Assembly: GCF_000315625.1 (NCBI RefSeq)
Contig: NW_005434645.1
Span: 155,247 to 215,410 of the forward strand
DNA from: Guillardia theta CCMP2712
Lineage: Eukaryota > Protista > Cryptophyta
DNA: 60,164 nt
Reading direction: 5' to 3'
In this document: piece by piece, positions 1-12,847 of the stretch
Layout: each line of letters opens with the position of its first letter
How positions within the stretch are numbered: position 1 is the first letter of the stretch
Notes under the pieces: generated by a model
What the model saw: the letters and a program-made list of their open reading frames with translations, nothing else
The model's database searches: none
Told to the model about the DNA's origin: nothing
Made by a program: the position numbers and the translations under genes

Positions 1-282
1 GGAGGGAGGGAGGGAGGGAGGGAGGGAGGGAGGGAGGGAGGGAGGGAGGGAGGGAGGGAGGGAGGGAGATTCACATTTACCTGCAAGTAATCAGGGGGAC
101 GTGTTGGTAGGAATGCAGGCAGGCAGAGTAGTGAAAGGAAGAGAAAAGAAAGGTTGTGGAACGATTGAACAGGAGAAGTGGGGCAAAGCTTCGAAATCCT
201 GTCATTGACTGTCTGGATTCAGGGCATAGAGCATGTAAATGATGCTATCCACTTGAATAGAAGATATTTAAGGGGTCAGGAA

Positions 283-3200
283 ATGAGGCAAGTCCAATTT
301 TACGACGAAGATGAGGAGTACGGCCTTCCGGAGGGAGAGGTGAAACAAGCTTGGCTCGTTACCTCGCAGCGTGCAGCAAAAGCCAAGCCAACAGATGAGA
401 TCCCTCTCGACGATCTGCACCACCTGCGTAAGACCACCGTTGCGATCCAGTCGGCAAAGACGAGAATCGATCGAGAGGAACCGAGGACAGCATCGAGATG
501 GCGAGGGAGGAACTTCTTCACAATAGCTCGCAAACATGCTGAGAGAGAAGTCTTGAGCACAGCCAAGCAAAACCTGAGGATCGCGAAGAAGCGAGCTCAA
601 ACTTCCTTCACCTTGTCGGAGAGAAAGAAGAATGAGCAGGACTACGTGACTCACCCGAGCCTGCTGCAGCGGAGGCTGGGGAGGTCAGCCACCAAGGAGA
701 TTCAAGAGTGGAGGCCGCGGGAAGGGAAGGTGGGGTTGACCATTCGAGAGATCCATGACACGTCCACCTGGAGCCTGAAGCCGCCATGGGTGAAGAGAAT
801 TTCTCAGGACAAGCTGCTCCGCAGGGGAGCAGTGCGGCCGGAAAAGGCGACCGTGCCAGCCATGAAGTTTGGGAACAAGGACGTGTCCAAGGTAGTGAGA
901 TCAGAGAAACTGTGGGTGCATGACTCTCGTCCTTCTCTTCCCTCCCTCCTCTCTTCCTGCAGGTGTTTGGCGCGGACCTGGATCTTGATCTCAGCCTGGG
1001 CCTCGAAGCTACACCTCGTGGAGTGCTGCTGGGGGTGAAGGGGGTGAAGAGAGATGACCTGATGACCAGCGGTCCGTCCCAAGTGCTCTCCTATCCTGCT
1101 CCTCGTGTTTTCACACGCACACCCTCCTTTGATCCCGTTCATCTGCCCTCCTTCATTCCTCCGCCCTGCTTCATTTCAATTCAGTTCATTTCAAGATTCC
1201 TCCCACGATTGACGATAACACTTTAGGACACACGATCCCCCACTCGGTGATGGTGAGAAGCAGAGAAAATGCGCATCGACCAAGCAGGTAAACACGACTT
1301 CACACTGTTCGTGGCGATGAAGCTTTCTCTGCAAGAAACCGGACGTCTTTCAGGGCGAGGAGGGCGAGGAGCTTGTCTCCTTTCTCAGTGAAGAAGAAAA
1401 TGGCAGCAGGGCGGAGCCGATCGATTTCTCCGACCTCGTCCAAGAGTGCGGACGAGCGCAGGAGGCAAACATTGACAGTCATCAAAGAGAAAATCCTGGA
1501 CACGATCGTTTCCTTTGACCTCTGGAGCGAGGAAGGAGTTCTGATGGCAATGGAGGATGCACTCCTTGCCCATCCGCAGGTATGCCCTGCCGAGCTTGTC
1601 CCTCCCAACCATTCTGACGCATCCATGGCTGCAGGTCGAGCATAGTGTCCTCCTGGAGGAACTACGGCAGCTGGGACGCGAGCTGGGTGTGGATACAGGA
1701 AGGCTGGAGCAAGTCAACGATGACCAGTCGAGCACGGGGATCCATGTGGATGTCAAGAGATCTTTGAAGAGCAACAAGAGTGCTTTCGAGTCATCCTCGT
1801 CCTCATCAGACTCAGACACAGACGAGGTAACGATATTCTCCCTTTCCTCTCATTCGTTTTGGTGCTTCTGCTTTTCCCCAGCTCCGATCCCTCTCCTCCC
1901 TCACAACTTTTGCCACAGTCTGATCAGGAGAGTCAAGGAGGAGTGTGGTCTCGCTTCCGTTCCCGGTGCTTGCTTGCTTTGACATTTCATCGACGTGACA
2001 TTGAGCGAACCTCTGTAGAGCACTGAAGATTTCGACGGAGGAGGAAGACGTCGAGGGCGAAGTTGAGGAGGAGGTGACTCGAGCCTGTGTTGTCCTGTGC
2101 AGTGATCATGGTGGATAGGAGATTGTGCTGGGTGATAGCTCGCAGCTGTCGCTGGATGAAAAAGTGAGGTCGGTAGCAAGGGGTCTGAAGGAGAAAAAGG
2201 TTCACTTCTTCGACGAGCGAGCAGACCAGGTTGTGTGGAGATGGTTTGATCCTGCAAACACGTGTGATGATGAATCTTGTGCTTGTACAGGAGGAGGAGG
2301 AGGAGGAGGAGGAGGAGGAGGAGGAGGCTCCTGGAGTCCGAATGCAGCTCCTAGCCTTCACTGATGAATTTCTCCTCTCGGTAGCTACACGAGATCGCAA
2401 ATTTGAGCATATCATCGGTAAGAACGCACTAGATCTTTGCGGAAGGAAATGAAGAAGGGTGCAGGAAACAATGTGACTGAGTTGAAGGAGTGGGACGATA
2501 TGGAGGACGAGGAGAGAATGAGGCTCTGCATCTCCGACCTGGAGGAGCTGAGTCAGAGGAGAAGGGTCGAGCAATTCTCCCGTCTCTTCCAGTACGCGTC
2601 TGCCATCCGAAGGATCTACGGCTCTGTGGTGAAGCAGGAGGAGACTTGGGGGCCCTGGGGACCGGAGTGGTTGGGGGTTGTGGATGAGCACAGCTGCAGT
2701 GCGATCGGGCAAGAGTGGAGGGGGATGGAACTGGACGAAAGGATGCGGGTGAGATCCTGAAGTTCACGCTAAGTAGCACAGCGCTGAGTTCGTCCTGCAG
2801 TGCTGCATGTCAGGGTTGAGGAGCAGGACGTGCGTGGAATGGGCGATCAGCGAACATGATGAAAGGGTTGCGAACGCGATCGACGGTGGGATTGCTCGGG
2901 CTCACTGATATGTTTCCTGACGGCAACGTACCTGCAGCCAGCATGCTCGTCGAAGACAAAGAGGAAGAGATGGAGGCGTCGAATCGGAGAGAGCTCAAGT
3001 GGTTCGGGGATGCGCAGAGAGACAGGGACAAGGTTTCGGAGGGGGAGGAGGAGGAAGAGAGGAGTTTGAGCTGATGTGCACGGTGTCAGGAGGCGGAGAG
3101 GATACAGCGTGTGAAGGCATTTGCTACGGGGAAGGAACTTGAGGCTCGGGCGGGGAAGGTAGATGGCTAGTCTCCAGCTCCTCATCTCAGTCTTCCCGAC

Positions 3201-3768
3201 AGGCGATGAAGTGGTATAGGAGGAAGAAGCAGGAGCTGATTGAGATGATCCGCGATCATGAGAAGGTCGTACCGCTCTCTCTCTCTCTGTGCCTGTCCCG
3301 GTTCACATTCGCCATGCAGAAAATGCCCAGAGACGTCGGGCAGACGTTGACCCTCCGTCCTGGAAAGAATGGTGAGAAGGCGGTGCAGGGCGCGTGGGGA
3401 GGATAAGGAAATGGCAGGCGGGCATATTAATCAGGTGCTGGCTCGGCAGAACGTTCAGTTCCGTCCCAATCCCTTCACGTACTCGGTACGCTCAATCTGA
3501 AAGATTGTGAACGAGATCTCTGTCTCTGCTTCTTCTTATCCTTTCCTGTCTCCCGCCTCCTCCTCGGCTCACTACATGCTCTATATTCTCGCCTGACTCA
3601 CCCGTTCATCTACTTCCTTATCTTGTTCTGCTTCAGGATCCTGGAATCGCGTGGAAGTTTCAAGTTCAGCAAGATAGAATTGTCAAACAGGAACTCCATG
3701 TCTATGACGGGCAACAACGGTTTGACTCGCACTGCAGAGGAACTTGGTTCGAAGAGCATTACAAATAG
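283..3768 (+). CDS. Multi-exon hypothetical protein (boundaries uncertain; may join the next gene)
   Basis: ATG at 283 opens ~200 codons to a GT donor at 892; acceptor at 962; many further short exons with GT/AG borders and coding-like composition. No family recognised; the 3' end (TAG 3766-3768) is tentative. Confidence 0.5.
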
Positions 3769-3935
3769 CAAAGCAGCTCAAGGTAATTCATCATCGGATG
3801 CCCATTCTTCGATACCTCTTTGTTCATTGACGATCGCATCCACTATCCTCTTGGAAGTTTGTCAGACTGCACAGATCGCAGTCTTCACTGTCTACATGAC
3901 TCAGTTCTTTTATTCTCACACAGAATTTCTTCACA

Positions 3936-6313
3936 GGCGGATGCTCTCTCTCTCCAAAAAGGACTTCCCTCCAGCACCGTGGTCTCCTTCGACCCTCAAC
4001 CCTCATCTCCCTTACATATCACAGGTGGAGCTCCCGGGAACAGATCGGAAGGCAATCAGGCTGATGAAACAGGTGCGTATTCTGTTGCATCCCCTTGCTC
4101 GTCTGATGTTTTGGAGCAGAGAGTGGAGAAGGACGAATCGCTTAGTCTTCCGGTGTCATCATTGTCCTCCCCTTCTTCCTCCTTCTCCTCTCCTTCCTCG
4201 TCCTCGTTCTCGTCTCCTTCCTCCCCATCCTGCTCCTCCTTCTCTTTTTCTTCCTCCAACTGCGATCTCCACATCTTGGTCGGCTCACAGTGAATCAGCT
4301 GCGGGAGTTGAGCCAAGAGATTCAACAGCGAAGTGACCAGGCAGAAAGGGTGAGACTTTCTTGGAATTCTTGACGCCCATAGACCCCTTTGCCTTCTTTA
4401 CCTCCTTTACCTCCTTTACTTCCTTTACCTCAACCTTCTCCTCCTCCGCCTCCTCAACCTCCTCCTCCTCAACCTCCTCTTTTGACTTTGCCTGCTCTGT
4501 CCTACAGAAGCAGCTGGTGAAGAAGAAGCCCGATCGTAAGGGGATGGACAGAAGCGAGAGGCTTTGTGAGTCTCGTTCTGCTGCTGCCTAGCAATGCTCT
4601 TACGTGCACTCAGACCTCGACAGCTTCGTCCACACCGCAAACTGGAAGACTCCAGCTGGGGGAAGTCACTTCCGCAACGGAGGTTCAGAGAGGAGAGAAG
4701 GTTGCACGTGCGGTGACAGGCCTCAGACTCTGCGTACAAGCTGTGGAACAAGCCGACTGGACATCCGGCACCTTCGCTGCATGGCGGGGTGAACGGGGCA
4801 TCCCGTGCTCCCGCAGACAAGGCACGGCAGCCCTTTCCTCTTGGATCCTCCATGACTCTGTGGGTTCCCACAGGCAATGCATGAAAGTATCCTTGCTTCA
4901 AACCTTCGGATCAAAGCGAGGCAACAGCAGCAGGTGACGGGAGCTGTTGTTCTACATGAGTTCAGCTGGAGGCTTGTTGAGATCTCACGTTGAGCACTGC
5001 AGATACCTGGCGATTACGAGATCATTGTCTTGAGAATTCTGGGATTCCCAGAAGGTCTTTTTGCTCCTCCTCGCCCTGCCCCTCCTCCTCCCCCTCTCCC
5101 TGCCCCTCTTCCTCCACCTCTCCCTGCCCCTCCTCCTCCCCCTCTCCCTGCTCTCCAATGTGACCAATAGTCGTCAGGCTCGAAGAAGAAACTCTTCAAA
5201 CACTTCAGCAAGAGCATCGGCAATCACAAGGTTTGATGCCAGCAGTATTGCTCCTTCTCCTCCCTCTCCTCTCCTTCTCCTCTTCTCCTCTTCCTCCTCT
5301 TCCTCCTCCTCATCTACCCGCCCTCCCCCTCCCCTCCTCCGCCTCTCACGCTGCTCTCAAGGCGCTCAGTGCAGCATGGCTCAAGTTCAGTTTCAAGAGA
5401 TACGGTGTGGGCGTTCATGTGCCTAATTGGCGCTTCTCTCCTTTGACCTCCTTCTAGGTGCTGTGCACCTCAGCGTCCCGAGGGATACGGCCGGAGGATG
5501 GGTGATGAATGAGGTGAGTTCGTCCTGTGAACCTCGTAGACAACATCGGTGGTAGTGGTGATGATGATGGTGATGAGGAGGAGGGGGGGCAGGAGGAAGA
5601 ACGGGGAGGGGGTAGGGAGGAAGAGGAAGATAAGGAGGAGCAGGAGCAGGAGCAGGAATCTGCGTTGATGGTGGTTGTGCAGGGCATATGTGTGTCGTTC
5701 ATCACTAAGGTCTCTCTTTTTCGCTCCTGCTCCTGCCGTCTTCACGTGACAAGCTGCGCAGGAGGATGCGCTGAAGGCGGTCAATGCGCTGCAGGTCCAG
5801 CAGCTTTGCCCAAGATGTTCACCCGACCATGATGCTGATGGTGCAGGAGGGAGAAACGCACGTGCTACCTGAGATCAGCAACTTCGACTTGGTACAGCCC
5901 CATTCCCAACCTTTGACTTCTCCTTTTATCTTCTTGCTTGCTCCTCCCGTCCATGGCGCGATCCTCGTCTGCTCGTTCGCTCCTCTAGCCCTAGCCCTTC
6001 CTTCTCGTCCCCTCCCCTCCCATCCTTCCCTCCTTCCACTCCTCTACCTCCCGCTCCTCCTCATTCTCTTCTCCCATTCCTCCTCCTCACTTCCTCCTCC
6101 TCCCCACCTCCCCACCCCCCCCCCCTTCCTCCTCTTCCTCTATCCTCGTCCTCCTCTCTTCCTCCTCTTCCTCTATCCTCGCCCTCCTCTTCCTCTATCC
6201 TCGCCCTCCTCTTCCTCGTTCGCTTCCCTTCATTCCTCGCCTCATCTCTGCTGCAGGAGCTCGAGCTCCGATCTGGCCAGGAGGGCGATGCTCAACATCA
6301 ACTGCCAGCCTAA
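3936..6313 (+). CDS. Multi-exon protein with C-terminal degenerate RRM-like domain (5' end uncertain)
   Basis: Manual splicing gives IIVLRILGFPEGSKKKLFKHFSKSIGNHKALSAAWLKFSFKRYGAVHLSVPRDTAGGWVMNEGICVSFITKEDALKAVNALQ..., which follows RRM spacing (F..YG.V..V.VPRD..G..V.F...EDA..A..AL). Stop TAA 6311-6313. Confidence 0.5.
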
Positions 6314-6439
6314 CAATTTCAGGTGTTCTCCTTCAAATATTCCTGTAAACTTTGAAAATCATATTTACTGTAAATTTATATTAAATCCGAGTCGAGGGAA
6401 GGGGCGCATCGCAGAAACGCGAGCAGAAGCGGAGCAGAG

Positions 6440-6471
<32 letters not shown>

Positions 6472-6633
6472 GGACGAGGAGCAGAACGAGGACGAGGACG
6501 AGGAGAAGGACGAGGACGAGGAGGAGGACGAGGAGGAGGAGGAGGGAAGTGGGTGCTTGAGCAGATCTGCTGGCAAACTTGACCGAAAGACACCATTGCT
6601 TCCTCTGCTCCTTTCCTGATCGTCGTCCTGGCC

Positions 6634-9077
6634 ATGACCGCGCAATGTTCATCGCTGAAAATCGATCTTCCGCAGCTGGATAGCTTGAGTCCCGTGTATG
6701 ATATCCAGTGCAAACTCATGGAGGATCTCAAGCTGGGTAGCAGCTACAGCGTGAGCGAGGGCGACATGGTTCATCCTGGGCTGATGGACGCTCTTCGTGT
6801 GCGGATGCTGAGCCAGCAGGAAGCATATTTCTTTCAGGGAGAGGAGAGGGAAGGCAAGGAAGCGGTAGGTTCTCAGCGACTGGGAGAGTTGAATCCGCAG
6901 AACGAGAGATCCAGTCTCGAGCTCCTGAAGAAGCTGCTGAGAGGTCTGAAGCTCTCCTGCCTCTCTCCCATTCACTCACTCAGCTGTTTCCTCCCCTTGT
7001 TCAGATCAACACGGACACAATGGTGGTCTGGTTGAAAGCGCATGGAAGGTTGTAGAGAAGGCATGCTCTTCCTTCTGCAGCAAGTCTCAGTGCTCGTCTC
7101 CCATGCAGTCCATGGAAGATGAAGAAACAGCGAAGTACATCGAATGGCTGAGAGAGCACGTGAGTGCGTTATGTTCACATTCAACTCAACTGACAAGTTT
7201 CGCGCTTCTGCAACCTTGCAGGATATCAGTGACTGTGTTGGGTTGGGATACTTCCAACACAAATCGTCGAGCGCAAAGGAAAAGGAGTCGATGGAGCGAG
7301 GAGTCCTGGCGCTCCGAGACATCAGAGCAGGTAGTTTGATGCGACTGAGGCAGCAGTGGAGAAATGTCCATTTTCATGATGTTGAACTTTCAGATGAGGT
7401 TGTCTACAGCATTCCTGTCGATCACTTGCTGTGCGTCGATACAGCACTCAAGTCAGATATCGGTAGGATGATGGTTTGCGTCGGCGGTTCCTTGAAAGCT
7501 CCTGTGCCCAGGGCCAACCTTCTTGGAAATTCGAGCAAAGATGAAAGAGGTGAGGTGTGAAGAAGATCGGAAGAAGAATTGACTCGTGCTGTTGGCAGAG
7601 GTGGCTGGAGAGGAAGGAAAAGAAAGCTACACAGCAAGCTGAACAGAAGGCGGGACAGGAAGAGGGGGATCAAGAGGAGGGGGAGGAGGAGGAGGAGGAG
7701 GAGGAGGAGGAGGAGGAGGAGGAGGACGAGCTTCATGATGATACTATTTCGATGCTGTTCCTTATCCATGAGATGAAGACCAAACGAGAGACATCCAGGT
7801 GGAAAACTTATTTCGACTTCCTCCCAGGCAAGTTTGAGACGGGAATCTGCTTCGAGGAGGAGGAAGGCGGTGGGCTGAACCTCGACGAGGAGCTGGCAGG
7901 AACTGGTTTCGTGCAGAAACGATGGAAGGAACGAGAGGTGGTAGAGCATACCTACAACATGCTTTTCCCTTGGTTAACAGAGGAATTTCCGCAAGTGTTC
8001 GATCGGGAGCACTTCGACTTCCAGTCCTTCATGTGGGCCAGAGGCGTTTTCGACACTCGTTGCGTCACGGTCAAGTTTCCTGCAGAGAAGACGGGCAAGG
8101 TCGGTGTCGACAACAACGGTGAAGGCGAGAAGGGCACGCGTGACGTGACATGCCTCGTCCCTTGGGCTGACATGTGCAATCACCACCCGTATGCTCAGCT
8201 CAACAAACCAAGTCTTGACCCTACAAGGAAGTTCCTTCAATTCTGCACGATGGCGCCGATCAAACAGGTAAAGGATCCTTCCCGATTTCTTCCCTGCTCC
8301 TCCCGCTGAGCTGCCTCCTCCTCCTCCTCCTCCTCCCCCTCCTCCTCCTCCTCCTCCTCCCTCCTCCTCCTCAATTCCCTTCCTTTCTCTCGCCCTCTCC
8401 CTCTCTTCTCTCCTCATCCCCTTCCTGCAGGGCAGCCAGGTCTTCCTCAACTATGGCCCTCTCGACAACACCCAGCTTCTCCTCTACTACGGGTACGCGG
8501 AGCAAGACAATCCTTACCAGACGTACGCGATAGAGCTCGAGCTCCCGGACGATGAACTTCGCCTCATGAAGCAGCTCATGCTAGTTCACTACCGATTTCA
8601 CGACAGCCATCATCTGCGGGACCGGGGAGAGATCCCAGCTGCCCTCCTCGCCGCCCTCCGCATCTGCCTCATGGACAAGGAGGACATGGATAGGGGGGCG
8701 AGGGAGGGAGAGGCTAACCCGCTCGAAGGACGGATATCGAAGAGGAATGAGGAGGACGTACTGCGAACTCTGGAAGATACAGTGAGCTACGTTCTTGGTA
8801 CGCTCCCTGAGGAGGAGGAGGAGGAGTTAAGGGGAGGAGAAGCAGCAGCAGCAGCAGCTCGCTTTTCTTGCAAGGAATCATCGCGTACAGGCAAGGGCTG
8901 AAGAAAATCCTGCTGTACAACCAAGAGAAGATTAAGAGTTTGCGCGCTGCGTGTGAGGAGGAGGAGGATGAGGAGGGAGGAGAGGAGGGAGGAGAGGAGG
9001 GCGGAGGAGACGCAGAAGCAATGGGGGGAGGAGAGGAGGGGGGAGGGCCAGCTTCGAAGAAGATGAGGAAAGAGTGA
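6634..9077 (+). CDS. SET-domain protein-lysine methyltransferase, Rubisco-LSMT/SETD3/SETD6-like (multi-exon)
   Basis: RGVLALRDIRAG, SRWKTYFDFLP, FMWARGVFDTR, LVPWADMCNH, QVFLNYGPLDNTQLLLYYGY motifs, then an LSMT substrate-binding-like region (IPAALLAALR..ISKRNEE..AYRQGLKKIL). A putative intron at ~8782-8830 restores the frame to TGA 9077. Confidence 0.9.
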
Positions 9078-9303
9078 GGGAGCTTGGAGGAGGAGGGAGC
9101 GGCAGTGAAGGGCCCAGCCGGGGGGAGGGGGGGGGGAGTGGAAAAGAATGAGGTGAAATGAGGGGGAAGCATCAAGAAAAGAGAATTGATTTGATATGGT
9201 AACAAAAGACAGGACACAATCGCTTCCTCCTCCTCCTCCTTCCTGCATCGGCTCTCATACTCCTACTCCTACTCCTCCTCTCCTTCTTCATTGTTCCTTT
9301 GCC

Positions 9304-9699
9304 TCAGTTCTTCTTCTTCTTCTTCGGCGGTTCTTGACTTGCTGCTTCCTCCTCCTTTTCTTTGCTAACAGCCGAAAAGCCTCCGTATACCTGCGCTGTT
9401 CGTGAGAGGAGGAAGAGGAGAGGGAGAGAGAAAGGAGTGGGGGTGGGGAAGAGGAGGAAGAGAAGGGAGAGAGAGAGACAGACGGAGAGAGGGAGAGGGA
9501 GGGAGGGAGGGAGGGAGGGAGGGAGGGAGAACAGAAGCAAGAACGACAGAGTGAGGATTAAAGAAGAGTGTGGAGGGGGAAGGGAGGGAGTTGTGGGGGA
9601 ATACCTCGAGAAGCTCGAGCTGCAGGTTCGTGCGATGCATCCTGCTTGTTGAGACAGAGATCCGAATCTGAGGACACCAAGAGGAGACGAGAGGGTAGA

Positions 9700-9751
<52 letters not shown>

Positions 9752-12700
9752 AGAGGACGAGGAAGTTGAGGAGGAAGAGGAGGAAGAGGAGGAAAAGGAA
9801 GTAAGAACCAGAACTCCCTCCAGCTCGTGCCCACCTTGACGCGGTCAAGGACGCGGATGCTTCTGGAGGGGGAGGAGAGGCACATGCCGTCGGCGTCGAG
9901 CTTGTACTGGGAGCTTCCCTTCTCCTCGAGGATGACAGGAGACTCGAGACCGTACCTGCAGCAGGTGGGGCGTAAGATGGCGGGAGAGAGGGAGAGGAGG
10001 AGGGAGAGGGAGAGGAGGAAGAGGAGGGAGAGGAGGAGGAAGAGGGAGAGGAAGAAGAGGGGGGAGAGGACGAAGAGGACGAAGAGGACGAAGAGGACGA
10101 GGTAGAATAATGTTGAGAGGAGATGAAGGAAGGAGGAAGGAAGAGGAAGAAGAGAACAAGGAGGACAAGGAGAGAACGTACTTTGGGATCAGGACAACAA
10201 TTCCATTCTTTCTCAATCTCATGACATAGGCCTCTTCCTCCACCACCTGCAGTAGATCTCAGACACGACCTCCTCCCGACCTGCTTCCCCTCCCCCTGCT
10301 TGCTGCTGCTGCTGCTGCTTCTGCTGCTGTCCCTTCTCTTCCCTCCCTGCTCCACCTCCTCTTCGGCTTCCTCCTCTTCCTCGTCCTCCTCCCTCCTCTT
10401 CCTCTTCCTCTTCCTCTTCCTCTTCCTCTTCCTCTTCCTCTTCCTCTTCCTCCTCACCTTGTTCTTGAAGAAAACATGAGCATGGAGCTCGGTTGAAGCT
10501 CGTCCAGCAAACTGAGACAACATGTGAGGGGAGGCACAGGAAGCAGCAATAGAAAGAGCGAGAGGAAGAGGAAGAGGAGGAAACGAATAAAGGGCAAGAA
10601 TAGGAGCAGGGGCACCAACAGCACCAGCACAAGAGGAGGAGCAGGAGGAGGAGCAGGAGGAGGAGNNNNNNNNNNNNNNNNNNNNNNNNNNNNNNNNNNN
10701 NNNNNNNNNNNNNNNNNNNNNNNNNNNNNNNNNNNNNNNNNNNNNNNNNNNNNNNNNNNNNNNNNNNNNNNNNNNNNNNNNNNNNNNNNNNNNNNNNNNN
10801 NNNNNNNNNNNNNNNNNNNNNNNNNNNNNNNNNNNNNNNNNNNNNNNNNNNNNNNNNNNNNNNNNNNNNNNNNNNNNNNNNNNNNNNNNNNNNNNNNNNN
10901 NNNNNNNNNNNNNNNNNNNNNNNNNNNNNNNNNNNNNNNNNNNNNNNNNNNNNNNNNNNNNNNNNNNNNNNNNNNNNNNNNNNNNNNNNNNNNNNNNNNN
11001 NNNCATCTCCATCTCCATCTCCATCATCATCATCATCATAGCATCTACCTGCAGTTCGCCAGCAACATCATTTCCTCAACCATCGAGTTTGTTTCTTTCA
11101 GCACGTACATCCCGACTGTCAAACTTCTTCAGCTCCAGTGGGCAAGAGAAAAAAAAGTCAAAAAGACCATCGATGGGATCGTGAGTGACTGAGTCGAGCT
11201 CGAAGCGAACCTGAACTTCCATCAGCTGCTCCCTTCACACTCTCCTCTCTGATCTCTGATCTCCTCTCTCCTCTCCTCTCTCCTCTCCTCTCTCTGATAT
11301 CCTCCCTCTGATCTCCTCTCTCTCTCTCTCTCCTCTCCTCTCTCCTCTCCTCTCTCTTATCTCTCCTCTCTCTCCTCTCTGATCTCCTCTCTCCTCCTCC
11401 TCCTTCTCCCCTGTTTCTCCTTCTCCTCTCCTCTCCTCTCCTCTTTCTCTCCTCCCCAATCCTCCCTTTTCCCATCATGACTACCTCCTGCCTGCTGCCT
11501 GCTGCCTGCTGCCTGCTGCCTGCTGCCTGCTGCCTGCTGCCTCCTGCCTCCTGCCTCCTCCTCTCCTCCCCCGTCCTGTCCTCTCCTTCTTTATACCTCG
11601 GGAGATGCTAACGTCAAGGCTCCAGCCGTCACTCGCTTCTGTCGAAGTTTCCTCGTCATGTCCCGCATCAGCCGAAGATCCTGATGCCAAAGTGAGACGC
11701 TCCTTGCTCCTTGCTCCTCGCTCCCTCTACCTTAGCAAGCAGTGACTGATCCTCCTCGTTGTCGATCATTTCCTAACAAGGGCGTCACCGACGTCTTTCC
11801 TCTTCGCGTCGTCGAACTCACTTGAGCTTGTCCGTACGTCATCGCAGCTACAGATTTGATGACAGACCTATATCATCATCATAAACTCCATCATCATCTC
11901 CACCATCTCCATCATCTTCATCATCGTCATCATCCCCATCATCATCATCATCATCATCCATCATCATCATCATCATCTCCATCATCGTCATCGTCCCAAT
12001 CATGGTCATCATCTCAAATTTGTTCCACCTGTGAAACTTCACATCCAGTATCTCAGCAGTCTCAACGTCCAACGTCCAGATGACTGAGAAAGCAAGCCTC
12101 TCAACCTGCATCACTGTCATTATCCCTCCTCCCTCCTCTCTCTCTCCTTCCTCTCTCCTCTCTCCTCTCTCCTCTCCTCTCTCCTCTCTCCTCTCTCCTC
12201 TCTCCTCTCTCCTCTCTCCTCTCTCCTCTCTCCTCTCTCCACTCTCCTCTCTCCTCTCTCCTCTCTCCTCTCTTATTGCGATGTCAGGTCATCGGAGAGA
12301 TTGCCTTCCTGCTTCCCAACTTGCGCGTGCAAGTGGATTACGTTGCGAACCAAGACTCGATGGTCTATACCCTGGACAAGGAGCACNNNNNNNNNNNNNN
12401 NNNNNNNNNNNNNNNNNNNNNNNNNNNNNNNNNNNNNNNNNNNNNNNNNNNNNNNNNNNNNNNNNNNNNNNNNNNNNNNNNNNNNNNNNNNNNNNNNNNN
12501 NNNNNNNNNNNNNNNNNNNNNNNNNNNNNNNNNNNNNNNNNNNNNNNNNNNNNNNNNNNNNNNNNGTAGCATGTCGATGCGTTTCTGCACGAGGTAGACG
12601 GAGGTTCCTCTGAACCTGCGAGGAGGAGAATGACGTCAGAGATGGGAAGCTGAGGGAGCGAGGAAGGCGAAGATGAAGAGGAAGAAGACGAGGACGAGGG

Positions 12701-12808
12701 ATAAAGGGAGTAAGGCGGGTGAGTGGGGAAGAGAAAGGCGATGGGCGGAGATTGAGGGCTAGGAAAATGAGGGCCAGGACACGGTGGTGGTGGAGGAGGA
12801 GCAGAACG

Positions 12809-12847
<39 letters not shown>

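Noticed and set aside
8782-8901. Apparent frameshift near the end of the SET gene
   Set aside because: A ~50-nt GTGAGC...TAAG intron restores the frame, so no pseudogene call is needed.
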